Virus record (IMG/VR): IMGVR_UViG_3300028920_000038
Span: 73,848 to 137,847 of that record
Length of the DNA: 64,000 nt
Reading direction: 5' to 3' (one strand)
Source: a virus
The position numbers and the translations under genes were made by a program. The notes below the pieces were generated by a model that was not told where the DNA came from, made no database searches, and worked only from the letters and a program-made list of their open reading frames with translations. Shown in pieces: positions 41,435-49,709 of this stretch (positions are counted from its first letter, which is position 1; the number at the start of each line of letters is the position of its first letter).

Positions 41435-41746
41435 CTACGTACAAGTTTCTGAGCAGCATTCACAATTATTATAATAGCATTCTTTTTGTAATGTATGTCC
41501 ACATATCTTACATGGACATGAACATAATAAAGTTGTAATACCTTCAGTCTTATTTCCTGTATCTATAGTTAATTCATTAGGTGGATATTTTTCTGGATGG
41601 AATGTATGAGCATATCTATAATAGAACTTGTCTTTGTATTTTTCTAATAATTCCCCAAATCTTTTATGCATTAATTCTTTTTCTTCATCTGATTCACTAA
41701 ATTTATGCTTATTGATCCAATCTTCTACATTCTTATATTTTATCAT
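41435..41746 (-). CDS. Small Cys-rich putative metal-binding protein
   Basis: C-terminal CSCPCKICGH....EC....CECC..TC. Start moved to ATG 41746 (TAATG overlap). Confidence 0.6.
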   Translation of the reverse strand: MIKYKNVEDWINKHKFSESDEEKELMHKRFGELLEKYKDKFYYRYAHTFHPEKYPPNELTIDTGNKTEGITTLLCSCPCKICGHTLQKECYYNNCECCSETCT

Positions 41747-43959
41747 TAATTTCCTGTGAGATAAGTTAATAACATCCAATCATATGAACTACCGCCATAT
41801 ATTGATACCCAAACCCAAGTTCCATCTGAATTACCAGAAGTTCTTATAAGTTGACCTGGTCTTGTTGAGGCTGATCCTGCATCTGTTAGATTACCAAATA
41901 ATGGTAAATGCCAATTACCAGATATTCCAGCTTGAGACGAAACACTTGCAAATACAGCATGTGTTGTATCTTTCACATGAATATCAGAGTTTGATGAATG
42001 TAAATAAGCCTGAGAATATTCCGCACCAGATATAACAAAGCCAGATGGATGATAATTATCGTCAAGGTCAGAAGTTAAATCACTTTCATTACTATAAGTT
42101 TCAGTGTAAATTGCTATTTGTGCAGAAGCGTAGGCTTGCGAGTATTCCTGACCAGAAATTACGTACCCAGAGGGATGGTAGTTATCATCAAGAACAGATG
42201 TTAAGTCTGATTCATTGGAATACGTTTCTTCATATAGAGCAATCTGAGCAGACGCATAAGCTTGTGAGTATTCAGAACCTGATATTACGTAACCTGATGG
42301 GTGGTAGTTATCATTTAATTCAGATGTTAGATCATTCTCAGATGAATATGTTTCCTCATATATTGCAATCTGAGCGGATGCATATGCTCTACTATATTCA
42401 GATCCAGATATTACATATCCTGATGGATGATAATCATCATCTAAAACATCTGTAAGATCTCCCTCTGAAGAAAATGTTTCTTCGTATATAGCTATTTGTG
42501 CACTTGCATATGCATTTGAATATTTCTGAGATGAATTATCATACCAAGAATTTAGCACATTAACTAAACTTGAAACTGTATAAAATTCTGCAGATCCTGA
42601 CCATGAGCTAGGTTCTTGTGATTCTAAAGAGTCTATCCTTGTATCTATATTTCCTGAGAAAGAATCTATCCAGCTTTTATTATATAAATTAGAAGATATT
42701 ATATAAAGAGTATGATCAAATAAATCTTTCACTCTTTGAGCTGAAGCATATGCTTGAGTATATTTAGTACCAGAAGCTAATAATTCTTCGTATCTCTGAG
42801 ATGAGGCATTAACCCATTCATAAGCAGAAGTCCATTGAGAATCTTCTGTTAGAGATACATGAACATCTGTATTACTTGAATGGCCTATATAACCTGCAGC
42901 ACCGGACCAAGAAACATCAGATCCTGCAGTACCAGATTCTTGGTATTCACTATTTAACCAAGCTAATAAACTTGATGAAGGGAAGTGAATATCAGAATCA
43001 GATTTGTGTGTAGAATAATTAGAGGAATCTGCAAATCTGCTAATAGCATTAGAACTTGTTATATAATTCTCTTCATTAAATTGATCGTATCCTTCTAATG
43101 TATCTATTCTAGAGTCAAAATTAGAAGAGGTGTCGAATAATGCAGTTAAATCATCCTTAACATTTGAAGAGAATCCATAAAAATCAGAAGCACCTGACCA
43201 GGCTACATCTGATCCTCCTACACCTGTAGATGACGATATAATTATTGTATTATTTCCAGAATATATATAAATTCCATTCTGTCCTGAGAAATAGATATTA
43301 TCATCATCATTTTTAGTTATCTGTTGATTTTGTGGATATGCAAAGAAATTATATTGATATGTAGAAGGTCCTCCAGCAAACCAGTTAACACAATGTTTAC
43401 CAGCTATAGATAAGTATACTATAATATAAGTATCATCATAAGAAACTGAATATCCATAAGTATCAGTACCACTTGGAGATATTCCAACTATAGTAGGAGT
43501 ACTCCCAAAATTGTGTGTGATTTTAGATTGTGAAGAGACTAGAGCCCAACCAGCTTGATAATCTGCAGTTGTACCCCCACCTCCACTTCCAGCATTATCG
43601 TCTACATACTTTTTTGTAGCAGGTTCATAATCTCCATCTGGAGTAAATGGAGTTATGTTTTCTTTATATAGATATAAATCATGATGAGTATGAGATGATG
43701 CTCCGAATAAATTAATGGCATTAGAGCTAAATCCATAGAAAGATGAAGCGCCAGACCAGGCTACATCAGCTCCAGCTGCTCCAGTAGGAGCATATACACT
43801 ATCAAACCAACTTCTGAGTAAAGAAGAAGGGTAATGTATATCTGCATTGGATGAATGTCCATATGCATTACTAGAGATTAATTCAGTAAAATCTACGAAT
43901 GCATTCCAATCTGCAGAATATATTACATCTCCCGATGCTTTAGTATCATTAAATGCCAT
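41746..43959 (-). CDS. Fibre protein with 42-aa tandem repeats
   Basis: EPATKKYVDD motif; four HPSG.VISG.EYS.AYASAQIA.Y.ETYS units; termini similar to 12481. Confidence 0.7.
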   Translation of the reverse strand: MAFNDTKASGDVIYSADWNAFVDFTELISSNAYGHSSNADIHYPSSLLRSWFDSVYAPTGAAGADVAWSGASSFYGFSSNAINLFGASSHTHHDLYLYKENITPFTPDGDYEPATKKYVDDNAGSGGGGTTADYQAGWALVSSQSKITHNFGSTPTIVGISPSGTDTYGYSVSYDDTYIIVYLSIAGKHCVNWFAGGPSTYQYNFFAYPQNQQITKNDDDNIYFSGQNGIYIYSGNNTIIISSSTGVGGSDVAWSGASDFYGFSSNVKDDLTALFDTSSNFDSRIDTLEGYDQFNEENYITSSNAISRFADSSNYSTHKSDSDIHFPSSSLLAWLNSEYQESGTAGSDVSWSGAAGYIGHSSNTDVHVSLTEDSQWTSAYEWVNASSQRYEELLASGTKYTQAYASAQRVKDLFDHTLYIISSNLYNKSWIDSFSGNIDTRIDSLESQEPSSWSGSAEFYTVSSLVNVLNSWYDNSSQKYSNAYASAQIAIYEETFSSEGDLTDVLDDDYHPSGYVISGSEYSRAYASAQIAIYEETYSSENDLTSELNDNYHPSGYVISGSEYSQAYASAQIALYEETYSNESDLTSVLDDNYHPSGYVISGQEYSQAYASAQIAIYTETYSNESDLTSDLDDNYHPSGFVISGAEYSQAYLHSSNSDIHVKDTTHAVFASVSSQAGISGNWHLPLFGNLTDAGSASTRPGQLIRTSGNSDGTWVWVSIYGGSSYDWMLLTYLTGN
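42010..42520 (-). repeat. 126-bp (42-codon) tandem coding repeat, about 4 copies
   Basis: GGATG/GGGTG anchors at 42047, 42173, 42299 and 42425 (126-bp period); related copies at about 36760-37030 and 37670-37890. Confidence 0.85.
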
Positions 43960-44107
43960 ATATAATCCTTATATCAATTAATCTAAGTAAACAAAAAGAA
44001 AAACATAGGTTAATAATCCATACAATCTAAGCGTCTCCTTAAAAAAAATTCTGTGCATTAGATTATAATGAGATTATTACCAACATTAAACATAAATTAT
44101 AACATTA

Positions 44108-44314
44108 CTACCTACGGTGACCTCGTTTCGACTTGGCCTTTCTTTCCATTTCTTTATATTGTTTTTCTTTTTCAGTTGCTTTATGGATTATATGTCTCTC
44201 AAGAAATGAAACCCCAAGAGGATCATCCTTTCTTAATTTTCCAAGCTGCATTGGCGTTACATGTAAAAATGAACACATTTCAGCTTCAAGATAACCTAAA
44301 TTAGATTCAACGAA
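44108..44314 (-). CDS. Unannotated +1-frame extension of the tail assembly chaperone (gpT-like)
   Basis: 68-codon open frame FVESNLGYLEAEMCSFLHVTPMQLGKLRKDDPLGVSFLERHIIHKATEKEKQYKEMERKAKSKRGHRR ending TAG TAA; missing from the ORF track. Confidence 0.75.
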   Translation of the reverse strand, partial: FVESNLGYLEAEMCSFLHVTPMQLGKLRKDDPLGVSFLERHIIHKATEKEKQYKEMERKAKSKRGHRR

Positions 44315-44318
44315 AGGA
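44307..44318 (-). other. Putative +1 programmed ribosomal frameshift site TCC_TTT_CGT_TGA
   Basis: Last codons of the chaperone. A UUU to UUC +1 slip enters the 44108-44314 frame; the heptamer context matches the influenza PA-X site UCC_UUU_CGU. Confidence 0.6.
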
Positions 44319-44804
44319 TTGTAATTGATCTTCTTCTAGGGGTCCCTCCTGAGTAGCCTTGATTAGGCCAGCTATGAAATTCTGTAAGGTAGTAAACGAA
44401 ACATTAGATCTCCAGAATTTTTCATCTAATGATGGATCCACACAGAGCTTTGCTGCTAATTTTGGAAGTGATTCATAAATTGATACCATTTTTTGTAAAG
44501 ATTTAGAATCTAGTTTACCTTCATACATAGAGGCTTCTGCTGATAGTTTCATTATTATTATCATCTCTTCTTGAGTTGGTCTTCGAGATTTAACAGTTCT
44601 CTTAGTTTCTGGTGAAGAGTAAAATGTTATTTTTAACAGATCTTCTTTATAGTCTCTTTCTAGAATACCACGGGTTGTTATTTGCTTTATGATATCTTTA
44701 GAATCATTCTTCTCTTTCTTTTCAATTTTTTCTCTTAGCTCATCAAAATTTTTGGGTTCTTTATTTTCTTTATTCTTATCATTAGATTCTTTATTTTCTA
44801 CCAT
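44307..44804 (-). CDS. Tail assembly chaperone (gpG-like)
   Basis: Follows the tail tube genes; charged helical 165-aa protein; has a downstream overlapping frame. Confidence 0.75.
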   Translation of the reverse strand: MVENKESNDKNKENKEPKNFDELREKIEKKEKNDSKDIIKQITTRGILERDYKEDLLKITFYSSPETKRTVKSRRPTQEEMIIIMKLSAEASMYEGKLDSKSLQKMVSIYESLPKLAAKLCVDPSLDEKFWRSNVSFTTLQNFIAGLIKATQEGPLEEDQLQSFR

Positions 44805-44845
44805 ATTTGTCTCCTCGAATAGAAAGAATTAAAACATTAAAACAT

Positions 44846-45322
44846 TTATGGATAGTCTGTAATATATGTTCCTTGAGTAGTACTATCTACAGTTACTGAA
44901 GATACTTTATAAGGATATAACAAAGTAAAATCTATAGATCCTTCTGTAATTTCATCTGCAGTTCCAATTGAAAAATCAAATCCTGTTATCTGACAACTCT
45001 TGAAATAAAAGTGTAACGAATTATCTCCAACTGAACCTGAAATTTGCACATTAGATGCACCTATTAAACCAGATACTAGAATACTACCTAAACCTGTATC
45101 AGTTAATTTACAGGCTGTTAATGATCCTTCGATGCTTCTAGACCCAGCTAGGAAGAAATTCCCAGTTTCACCTACAAGTTCTTGTTCTGCAGTTCCCCTA
45201 CTAATAGTAAGAGAAACATCAGATATAGCAAGTGTAGAATGAGTTTGGGTAGATCCATATCCTGCACTAGCTATTACAATTTTTGCATTATTTCCCCTAT
45301 AAGTTACAGGTGTTGCTCCCAT
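44846..45322 (-). CDS. Tail tube protein, paralog B
   Basis: SLTISRGTAEQELVG...SIEGSLT...SCQITGFDFSIG.ADEITEGSIDF; aligns with 45329. Confidence 0.75.
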   Translation of the reverse strand: MGATPVTYRGNNAKIVIASAGYGSTQTHSTLAISDVSLTISRGTAEQELVGETGNFFLAGSRSIEGSLTACKLTDTGLGSILVSGLIGASNVQISGSVGDNSLHFYFKSCQITGFDFSIGTADEITEGSIDFTLLYPYKVSSVTVDSTTQGTYITDYP

Positions 45323-45328
45323 TGTCTA

Positions 45329-45802
45329 TCACGCATCCGATATTAATCCAGCTTTATAGGTGACATTTTGTGGATCTAGTAAAGCAAAGTCAATGCTAGC
45401 TTCACTAATAGTATCTGCATCTCCCATGCTCACATCATATCCAGTAATTTGACATGAGACTAAGAACCAATGAATTGGGCTAGTACTTCCTACTGAACCT
45501 GATATTGCTATGAGTTCATTTGTTGAAGTTCCTTCTATAATATTATTTAAAACATCAGAACTACCAGATGAACCAAATCTACTAAGTGTAAATGATCCAT
45601 CCATAGAAAGAGCTCCTTGAGCAAAATAATTACCAGGTAATCCTATGAGATCTTGTTCTACTGTTCCTCTGTCAAGTGTTAATGAGAATGATCCCATTCC
45701 CCAAAATGAATGCAATTTAGAAGCACTCATAGTAGGTGCTGATCCAGCTGCATGAGCTTGTAAGAATATCGCGGCATTTTCTCCTGTTACAGTTCCTGCC
45801 AT
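45329..45802 (-). CDS. Tail tube protein, paralog A
   Basis: SLTLDRGTVEQDLIG...SMDGSFT...SCQITGYDVSMG.ADTISEASIDF; follows the tail terminator; GGTGA RBS. Confidence 0.75.
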   Translation of the reverse strand: MAGTVTGENAAIFLQAHAAGSAPTMSASKLHSFWGMGSFSLTLDRGTVEQDLIGLPGNYFAQGALSMDGSFTLSRFGSSGSSDVLNNIIEGTSTNELIAISGSVGSTSPIHWFLVSCQITGYDVSMGDADTISEASIDFALLDPQNVTYKAGLISDA

Positions 45803-45842
45803 ATAATATCACCTTATTCTTTTATTAAATTATAAACATACA

Positions 45843-46244
45843 TTAATCATCGTGATGTAATTTATACCTATAAGTTTGCATTTTTCTATATACATTCATA
45901 TCATTATCAAATAAATCTATATCCCCCTCTTTTCTACAAGCCCCAGATACTATAAATAATGGAGTAATAACATCAGCTATTTGATATGTCTCCATTCTAC
46001 TACTTCTTGAGAATATATCTACTGTGAATACAGCATCTTCAAGTCTTAATCTAGAGCCTGCCGGAGCTGATTTGTAACCTAAATAACCAGTATCTGTACC
46101 ACCTGTTTGAGTTAATATAATACATGGAAAAGAATCTAAAGTTTTAGTCCATCCAACTTTTATATTATTTTCTGAAACTAAAGATGTTACTGATGATGAA
46201 CTTCTCATGAACCAATACAGGTCAGCTATAGATGTTAATGACAT
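45843..46244 (-). CDS. Tail terminator/completion protein
   Basis: FPCIILT...FTVDIFS...YQIADVI...Y(R)KMQTY pattern; position between neck and tube genes. Confidence 0.75.
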   Translation of the reverse strand: MSLTSIADLYWFMRSSSSVTSLVSENNIKVGWTKTLDSFPCIILTQTGGTDTGYLGYKSAPAGSRLRLEDAVFTVDIFSRSSRMETYQIADVITPLFIVSGACRKEGDIDLFDNDMNVYRKMQTYRYKLHHDD

Positions 46245-46774
46245 TATCGTAACCTCATAGAACCAACTTCTCTTAGTATTCTATTTTTATAATTTATTTC
46301 TATCATAGATACACTTTGATTCATAGCATTTGATAGATAATGTTTACCATCTTGTAATTTTACTATTCTTGGATAATGAATCCCATCGTGTTTTCCCTGA
46401 GATTTTCCTACGGGCCATCCTTTATGACCGTAATTATCAGCATCTATAAATCCTTGAACTGGAGTTCCTGTATCTGATTGCATGAATCCTTGAGTACCTC
46501 CAAGTTCAACTATAGCAGCATGATTTGAATTATATCCTAATCCCATTTTTATGGAATAGCCTTGAATTTCTGGACTTGTTATAAATTTACTATCTCTTAT
46601 TTTATCATCTCCTATGGAATGTCCCCATTTTAAAGTAGAATCTATATTATTCATCGCTTTCTCATGAACTTTATCTAAAGAAGTTATAGTTTCGTCATTA
46701 AGATAATTTACTATACTACTCTTTAATAAATTTATATTTCGAATAGCTACATCTAATCCTTCTATTTTTATCAT
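46244..46774 (-). CDS. Neck protein (HK97 gp10-like)
   Basis: MIKIEGLD start, GYNSNHAAIVELGG (YA..VE.GT-like), HYLSNAM ending. Confidence 0.75.
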   Translation of the reverse strand: MIKIEGLDVAIRNINLLKSSIVNYLNDETITSLDKVHEKAMNNIDSTLKWGHSIGDDKIRDSKFITSPEIQGYSIKMGLGYNSNHAAIVELGGTQGFMQSDTGTPVQGFIDADNYGHKGWPVGKSQGKHDGIHYPRIVKLQDGKHYLSNAMNQSVSMIEINYKNRILREVGSMRLR

Positions 46775-47088
46775 TGTAACACCAAATATGCAGTTTTATG
46801 ATGAGATGAGGAATCAATAACTACTTCTCTTACTTTATAGGTTTCATCATTATAAGTAATTCTATCTCCTCTAGTAACTGTAGAAGAGGATTTCATATAG
46901 CATTTATGTTTAACATCGTCGTAGATGCCTGCTAATTGAGTCATTTCAGCTGCTGTTAAAGGATTTATTCTACAAGGTATAGATGTAGAACCAGCTGTAT
47001 AAGTATGAGTCCATTCACCGAGCATATTCTGTGATGATACTACAGAATGTTTTGTTATATTATGAATCATTAAACTATCGAAAGTCAT
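46771..47088 (-). CDS. Head closure/stopper protein (SPP1 gp16-like)
   Basis: QNMLGEWT...IPCRINP...VTRGDRITYNDETYKV pattern. Confidence 0.8.
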   Translation of the reverse strand: MTFDSLMIHNITKHSVVSSQNMLGEWTHTYTAGSTSIPCRINPLTAAEMTQLAGIYDDVKHKCYMKSSSTVTRGDRITYNDETYKVREVVIDSSSHHKTAYLVLQ

Positions 47089-47323
47089 TTATTCTCATCT
47101 TTTTATTTCTAAAATGCACATCATAGTGACATTCACTACATAAAGGAATTAGATTACTTTTGCTATTAGATCCTCCTCTTCCAAGGGGGATTATATGATG
47201 CAAATGTAAATTACCTTTAGAAAATCTTTGACACATTGCACATCTATATCCATATTCTTTAAAGATCGCATATCTTAATGCATTCCAATTTGAAGGATAT
47301 CTATCATCAGGACCACTATACAT
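47075..47323 (-). CDS. HNH endonuclease
   Basis: YRCAMC...LHLHHIIPLGRGGSNSKSNLIPLCSECH..VH. Confidence 0.92.
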   Translation of the reverse strand: MYSGPDDRYPSNWNALRYAIFKEYGYRCAMCQRFSKGNLHLHHIIPLGRGGSNSKSNLIPLCSECHYDVHFRNKKMRINDFR

Positions 47324-47734
47324 TTAATCATTAGCTTTGTATAAATCCCATCTATGTGCAGCTTTAGCATTAAGAATATCTAAAGCCATCTTCTCCCAAG
47401 TTTTTGATATTACAAATGGAGATGATTGAATATCTGTACCTCTAGATATAGGTTGAGCTAATGCGTATCTATAGTCTCCTAATTGCTCTTCACTCAGTGT
47501 ATAATATTTTTTAGCTAGAGCTGGAGTATGAATAATCTTTGATGCTATTAATAGTAAAGCTGCTATTCTACCATCAGTTGATGATGTTATTCCATACACA
47601 TGATTTATATATGTCTCTACAGATTCTATTTTTATTAATATCTCTGCTGTACTTATATCATCATAATCTAGAGGTGGTGTAAAGAAGTTCCTTACATCCA
47701 TTTCCCTTAACATTGTTGGTGTATAATCTGACAT
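47324..47734 (-). CDS. Head-tail adaptor (gp6/gp15-like)
   Basis: Helical 136-aa protein with SEEQLGDYRY (SEsiGdYSY-like) motif; lies upstream of head closure. Confidence 0.7.
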   Translation of the reverse strand: MSDYTPTMLREMDVRNFFTPPLDYDDISTAEILIKIESVETYINHVYGITSSTDGRIAALLLIASKIIHTPALAKKYYTLSEEQLGDYRYALAQPISRGTDIQSSPFVISKTWEKMALDILNAKAAHRWDLYKAND

Positions 47735-47736
47735 AC

Positions 47737-47997
47737 TTAATCACTCATTTCTCCTAAAGTTGGATCTATTTTTCTTATATCAACTTTTTGTTTACTTCTA
47801 ACGGTAGAATCCACGGGATATGGAAATTGTTTTATGATAGTATTAGTTGGATTAGTTCTTCCTGATCCTTCGTCTTCTATTATTTCTAATTCTTCTAAAT
47901 CTTCTTCATTGTATTTACTTCTATCTAATAGAGCTTTTCGTCTATCTTCCAAGTAAGATTTTTTAAGAAATTTTTGATTACCATATCCATGTAACAT
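47737..47997 (-). CDS. Hypothetical head-region protein
   Basis: 86 aa; FPYP motif echoes YPYP in the scaffold domain. Confidence 0.5.
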   Translation of the reverse strand: MLHGYGNQKFLKKSYLEDRRKALLDRSKYNEEDLEELEIIEDEGSGRTNPTNTIIKQFPYPVDSTVRSKQKVDIRKIDPTLGEMSD

Positions 47998-48003
47998 AAT
48001 TAT

Positions 48004-48273
48004 CTATAACCTTGTATTTCTAGACCTGAAAACTGGAACATAGTATGCTGCTCCTGTAGGACCGAATGTACTACCAGAAATAATATGAACTTTTAACCAT
48101 CCTGCAGAACTAACTGTATTAAGAAAATGCCTACCTCCAACAGTACCTCCTGAATAACTATATCCATACCAATCATGAGTCATTCTTCCGGATTCGTGAA
48201 ATAAGAATCCTCTTCCATCATCATTAATTAGTAATTTTTCTACTTCCAATTCTGGAATCTTAGACCCAGCCAT
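48004..48273 (-). CDS. Small capsid-associated protein, paralog 2
   Basis: MAGSKIPELEVEKLL...GWLKVHIISGSTFGPTGAAYYVP; GGTGA RBS. Confidence 0.6.
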   Translation of the reverse strand: MAGSKIPELEVEKLLINDDGRGFLFHESGRMTHDWYGYSYSGGTVGGRHFLNTVSSAGWLKVHIISGSTFGPTGAAYYVPVFRSRNTRL

Positions 48274-48282
48274 TTAAATCAC

Positions 48283-48564
48283 CTATGATGATAGGTTGGT
48301 ATCTAAATTGCTATATAATGGTATGTAATAAAGTTGACCTGTAGGTCCGTAACTACTTCCAGATATAACATGAACACCAATATATCCAGATGAACTAGCA
48401 GCTGGAAAGAATTTTTTACTAGCATTAGATGCTTGAGATGAAATACCAGTCCAATCTTGACCTAGATGAAAATTAGTACCGTCATTATATACCAATATTC
48501 CTCTACCATTTTTAGTGACTAATAAGTTCTCTACTTCTAATACTGGAATTTTAGCTCCTGCCAT
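48283..48564 (-). CDS. Small capsid-associated protein, paralog 1
   Basis: MAGAKIPVLEVENLL...GYIGVHVISGSSYGPTGQLYYIP; directly after MCP. Confidence 0.6.
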   Translation of the reverse strand: MAGAKIPVLEVENLLVTKNGRGILVYNDGTNFHLGQDWTGISSQASNASKKFFPAASSSGYIGVHVISGSSYGPTGQLYYIPLYSNLDTNLSS

Positions 48565-48647
48565 AATTCCAACCTCTTATTTAACATCGAAATTTTAACA
48601 TAAAATATAAAAGAACATTAAAACATATTTGTAATAATAGATCATTA

Positions 48648-49619
48648 TTACTTATGATAAATTATACAACCAGCGGTTTCTCGAAGAACATCAGTTCCAA
48701 ATCTCATAGTAACAGAGATTCCCATGAGGTCATGGATAGGATCATCATATTCTTCTACGGTAAGATCTCTTCGCATGCAGATAGCAGCTAGATCAGCTTT
48801 TGAAAATACTAATCCAGTTACGTCAGATCCAGCAGTTGTGTCGTCCCAAGTTGGTGATGAAGCATCTGTTGCTGAACAAGTGTATGGTGCTAATCCCATA
48901 AGTTTAGGAACTTCTCCACCAGTTAGAGGGCCTGAACTTCCTGCATATGAAACATATGCTAGATTTGAATCTTGTAATAGATACCCCTCTGCAGTTGGAT
49001 GAGTCACTAAAATGTCTGGAAGATATCTCTGTGATTTGACTTTGCTTACAGCAAATGCAATATCAGATACCGCAATATGAGGTCCAGCTGGGTTTACGGT
49101 GTTGGTTGATATTTTATTAGATCCCTGTAGAATTGCATAAAGAACTTCTCGATTGAGTTTGTTTTCCATACGAGCGCCTGCTTTCTTAAGTTCCAACTCT
49201 ACAATATCGAAGAGTGAATCTTCAATAAGTTCATTGGTAATCAATGGGCGAGTACCGTATTTGCTAATTGTAATATCCTGTTTTGTATATTCCTCAGTAT
49301 CGATTGGAATCTTAGCTCCTTCAGCCATTTTTTCTGCATAGTTATTCCCTTCACTCTTTACAAAGCGAACTGAATATGAATTTGCATTGATGACTGGAAC
49401 AACTTCTCTCATACATTTGAAAGGTTCTGCACCTTCAATAATAGTTTTGTAAACTTCTTCCTGTACAAGAGTTGAATCGTTTATAGCATCAGCTTCAGAT
49501 TGAAGAAGTTTGTGTGTATCTTTTCCGATAATGTTTCTGAATGCCTCTTTGTTCAACATCCTTGAACGTTCTGAATTGCCTGCGAAACCGTATTCTAAAA
49601 GTTTAGTTAACTTACTCAT
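48648..49619 (-). CDS. Major capsid protein (HK97 fold)
   Basis: AEKMAEGAKIP...KYGTRPLITNELIEDS.FDIVELEL...ENKLN...CMRRDLTVE...MRFG. Start moved to ATG 49619 (MSKLTKLLEY) after AGGG. Confidence 0.92.
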   Translation of the reverse strand: MSKLTKLLEYGFAGNSERSRMLNKEAFRNIIGKDTHKLLQSEADAINDSTLVQEEVYKTIIEGAEPFKCMREVVPVINANSYSVRFVKSEGNNYAEKMAEGAKIPIDTEEYTKQDITISKYGTRPLITNELIEDSLFDIVELELKKAGARMENKLNREVLYAILQGSNKISTNTVNPAGPHIAVSDIAFAVSKVKSQRYLPDILVTHPTAEGYLLQDSNLAYVSYAGSSGPLTGGEVPKLMGLAPYTCSATDASSPTWDDTTAGSDVTGLVFSKADLAAICMRRDLTVEEYDDPIHDLMGISVTMRFGTDVLRETAGCIIYHK

Positions 49620-49645
49620 TTTATTTCCCTTTATTTTATTATTAT

Positions 49646-49697
49646 AACATACTGTAAAATTACAGTGAACATAGGACAAATAAACATAAAAAAACAT
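49646..49697. promoter_or_regulatory. Inverted repeat ACTGTAA-AA-TTACAGT (49651-49666) flanked by AACAT motifs upstream of MCP
   Basis: Perfect 7-bp arms; four AACAT copies within 52 bp. Confidence 0.35.
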
Positions 49698-49709
49698 AAA
49701 GTTTTAAAA

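Noticed and set aside
42010-42520. CRISPR array or non-coding tandem repeat
   Set aside because: The 126-bp period is in frame within a long ORF, with conserved peptide and no unique spacers
44068-44304. Plus-strand 78-aa ORF in the chaperone-fibre gap
   Set aside because: Antisense to the minus-strand chaperone extension, which fits operon direction and chaperone biology
44307-45802. Contractile tail (myovirus)
   Set aside because: No sheath or baseplate wedge (gpJ/gp25-like) gene was recognised in the window; one elsewhere in the genome cannot be fully excluded
48648-49697. ORF-track MCP start at 49697 (MFFYVYL...)
   Set aside because: The extension runs through AT-rich intergenic motifs; ATG 49619 has an RBS and gives a typical N-terminus
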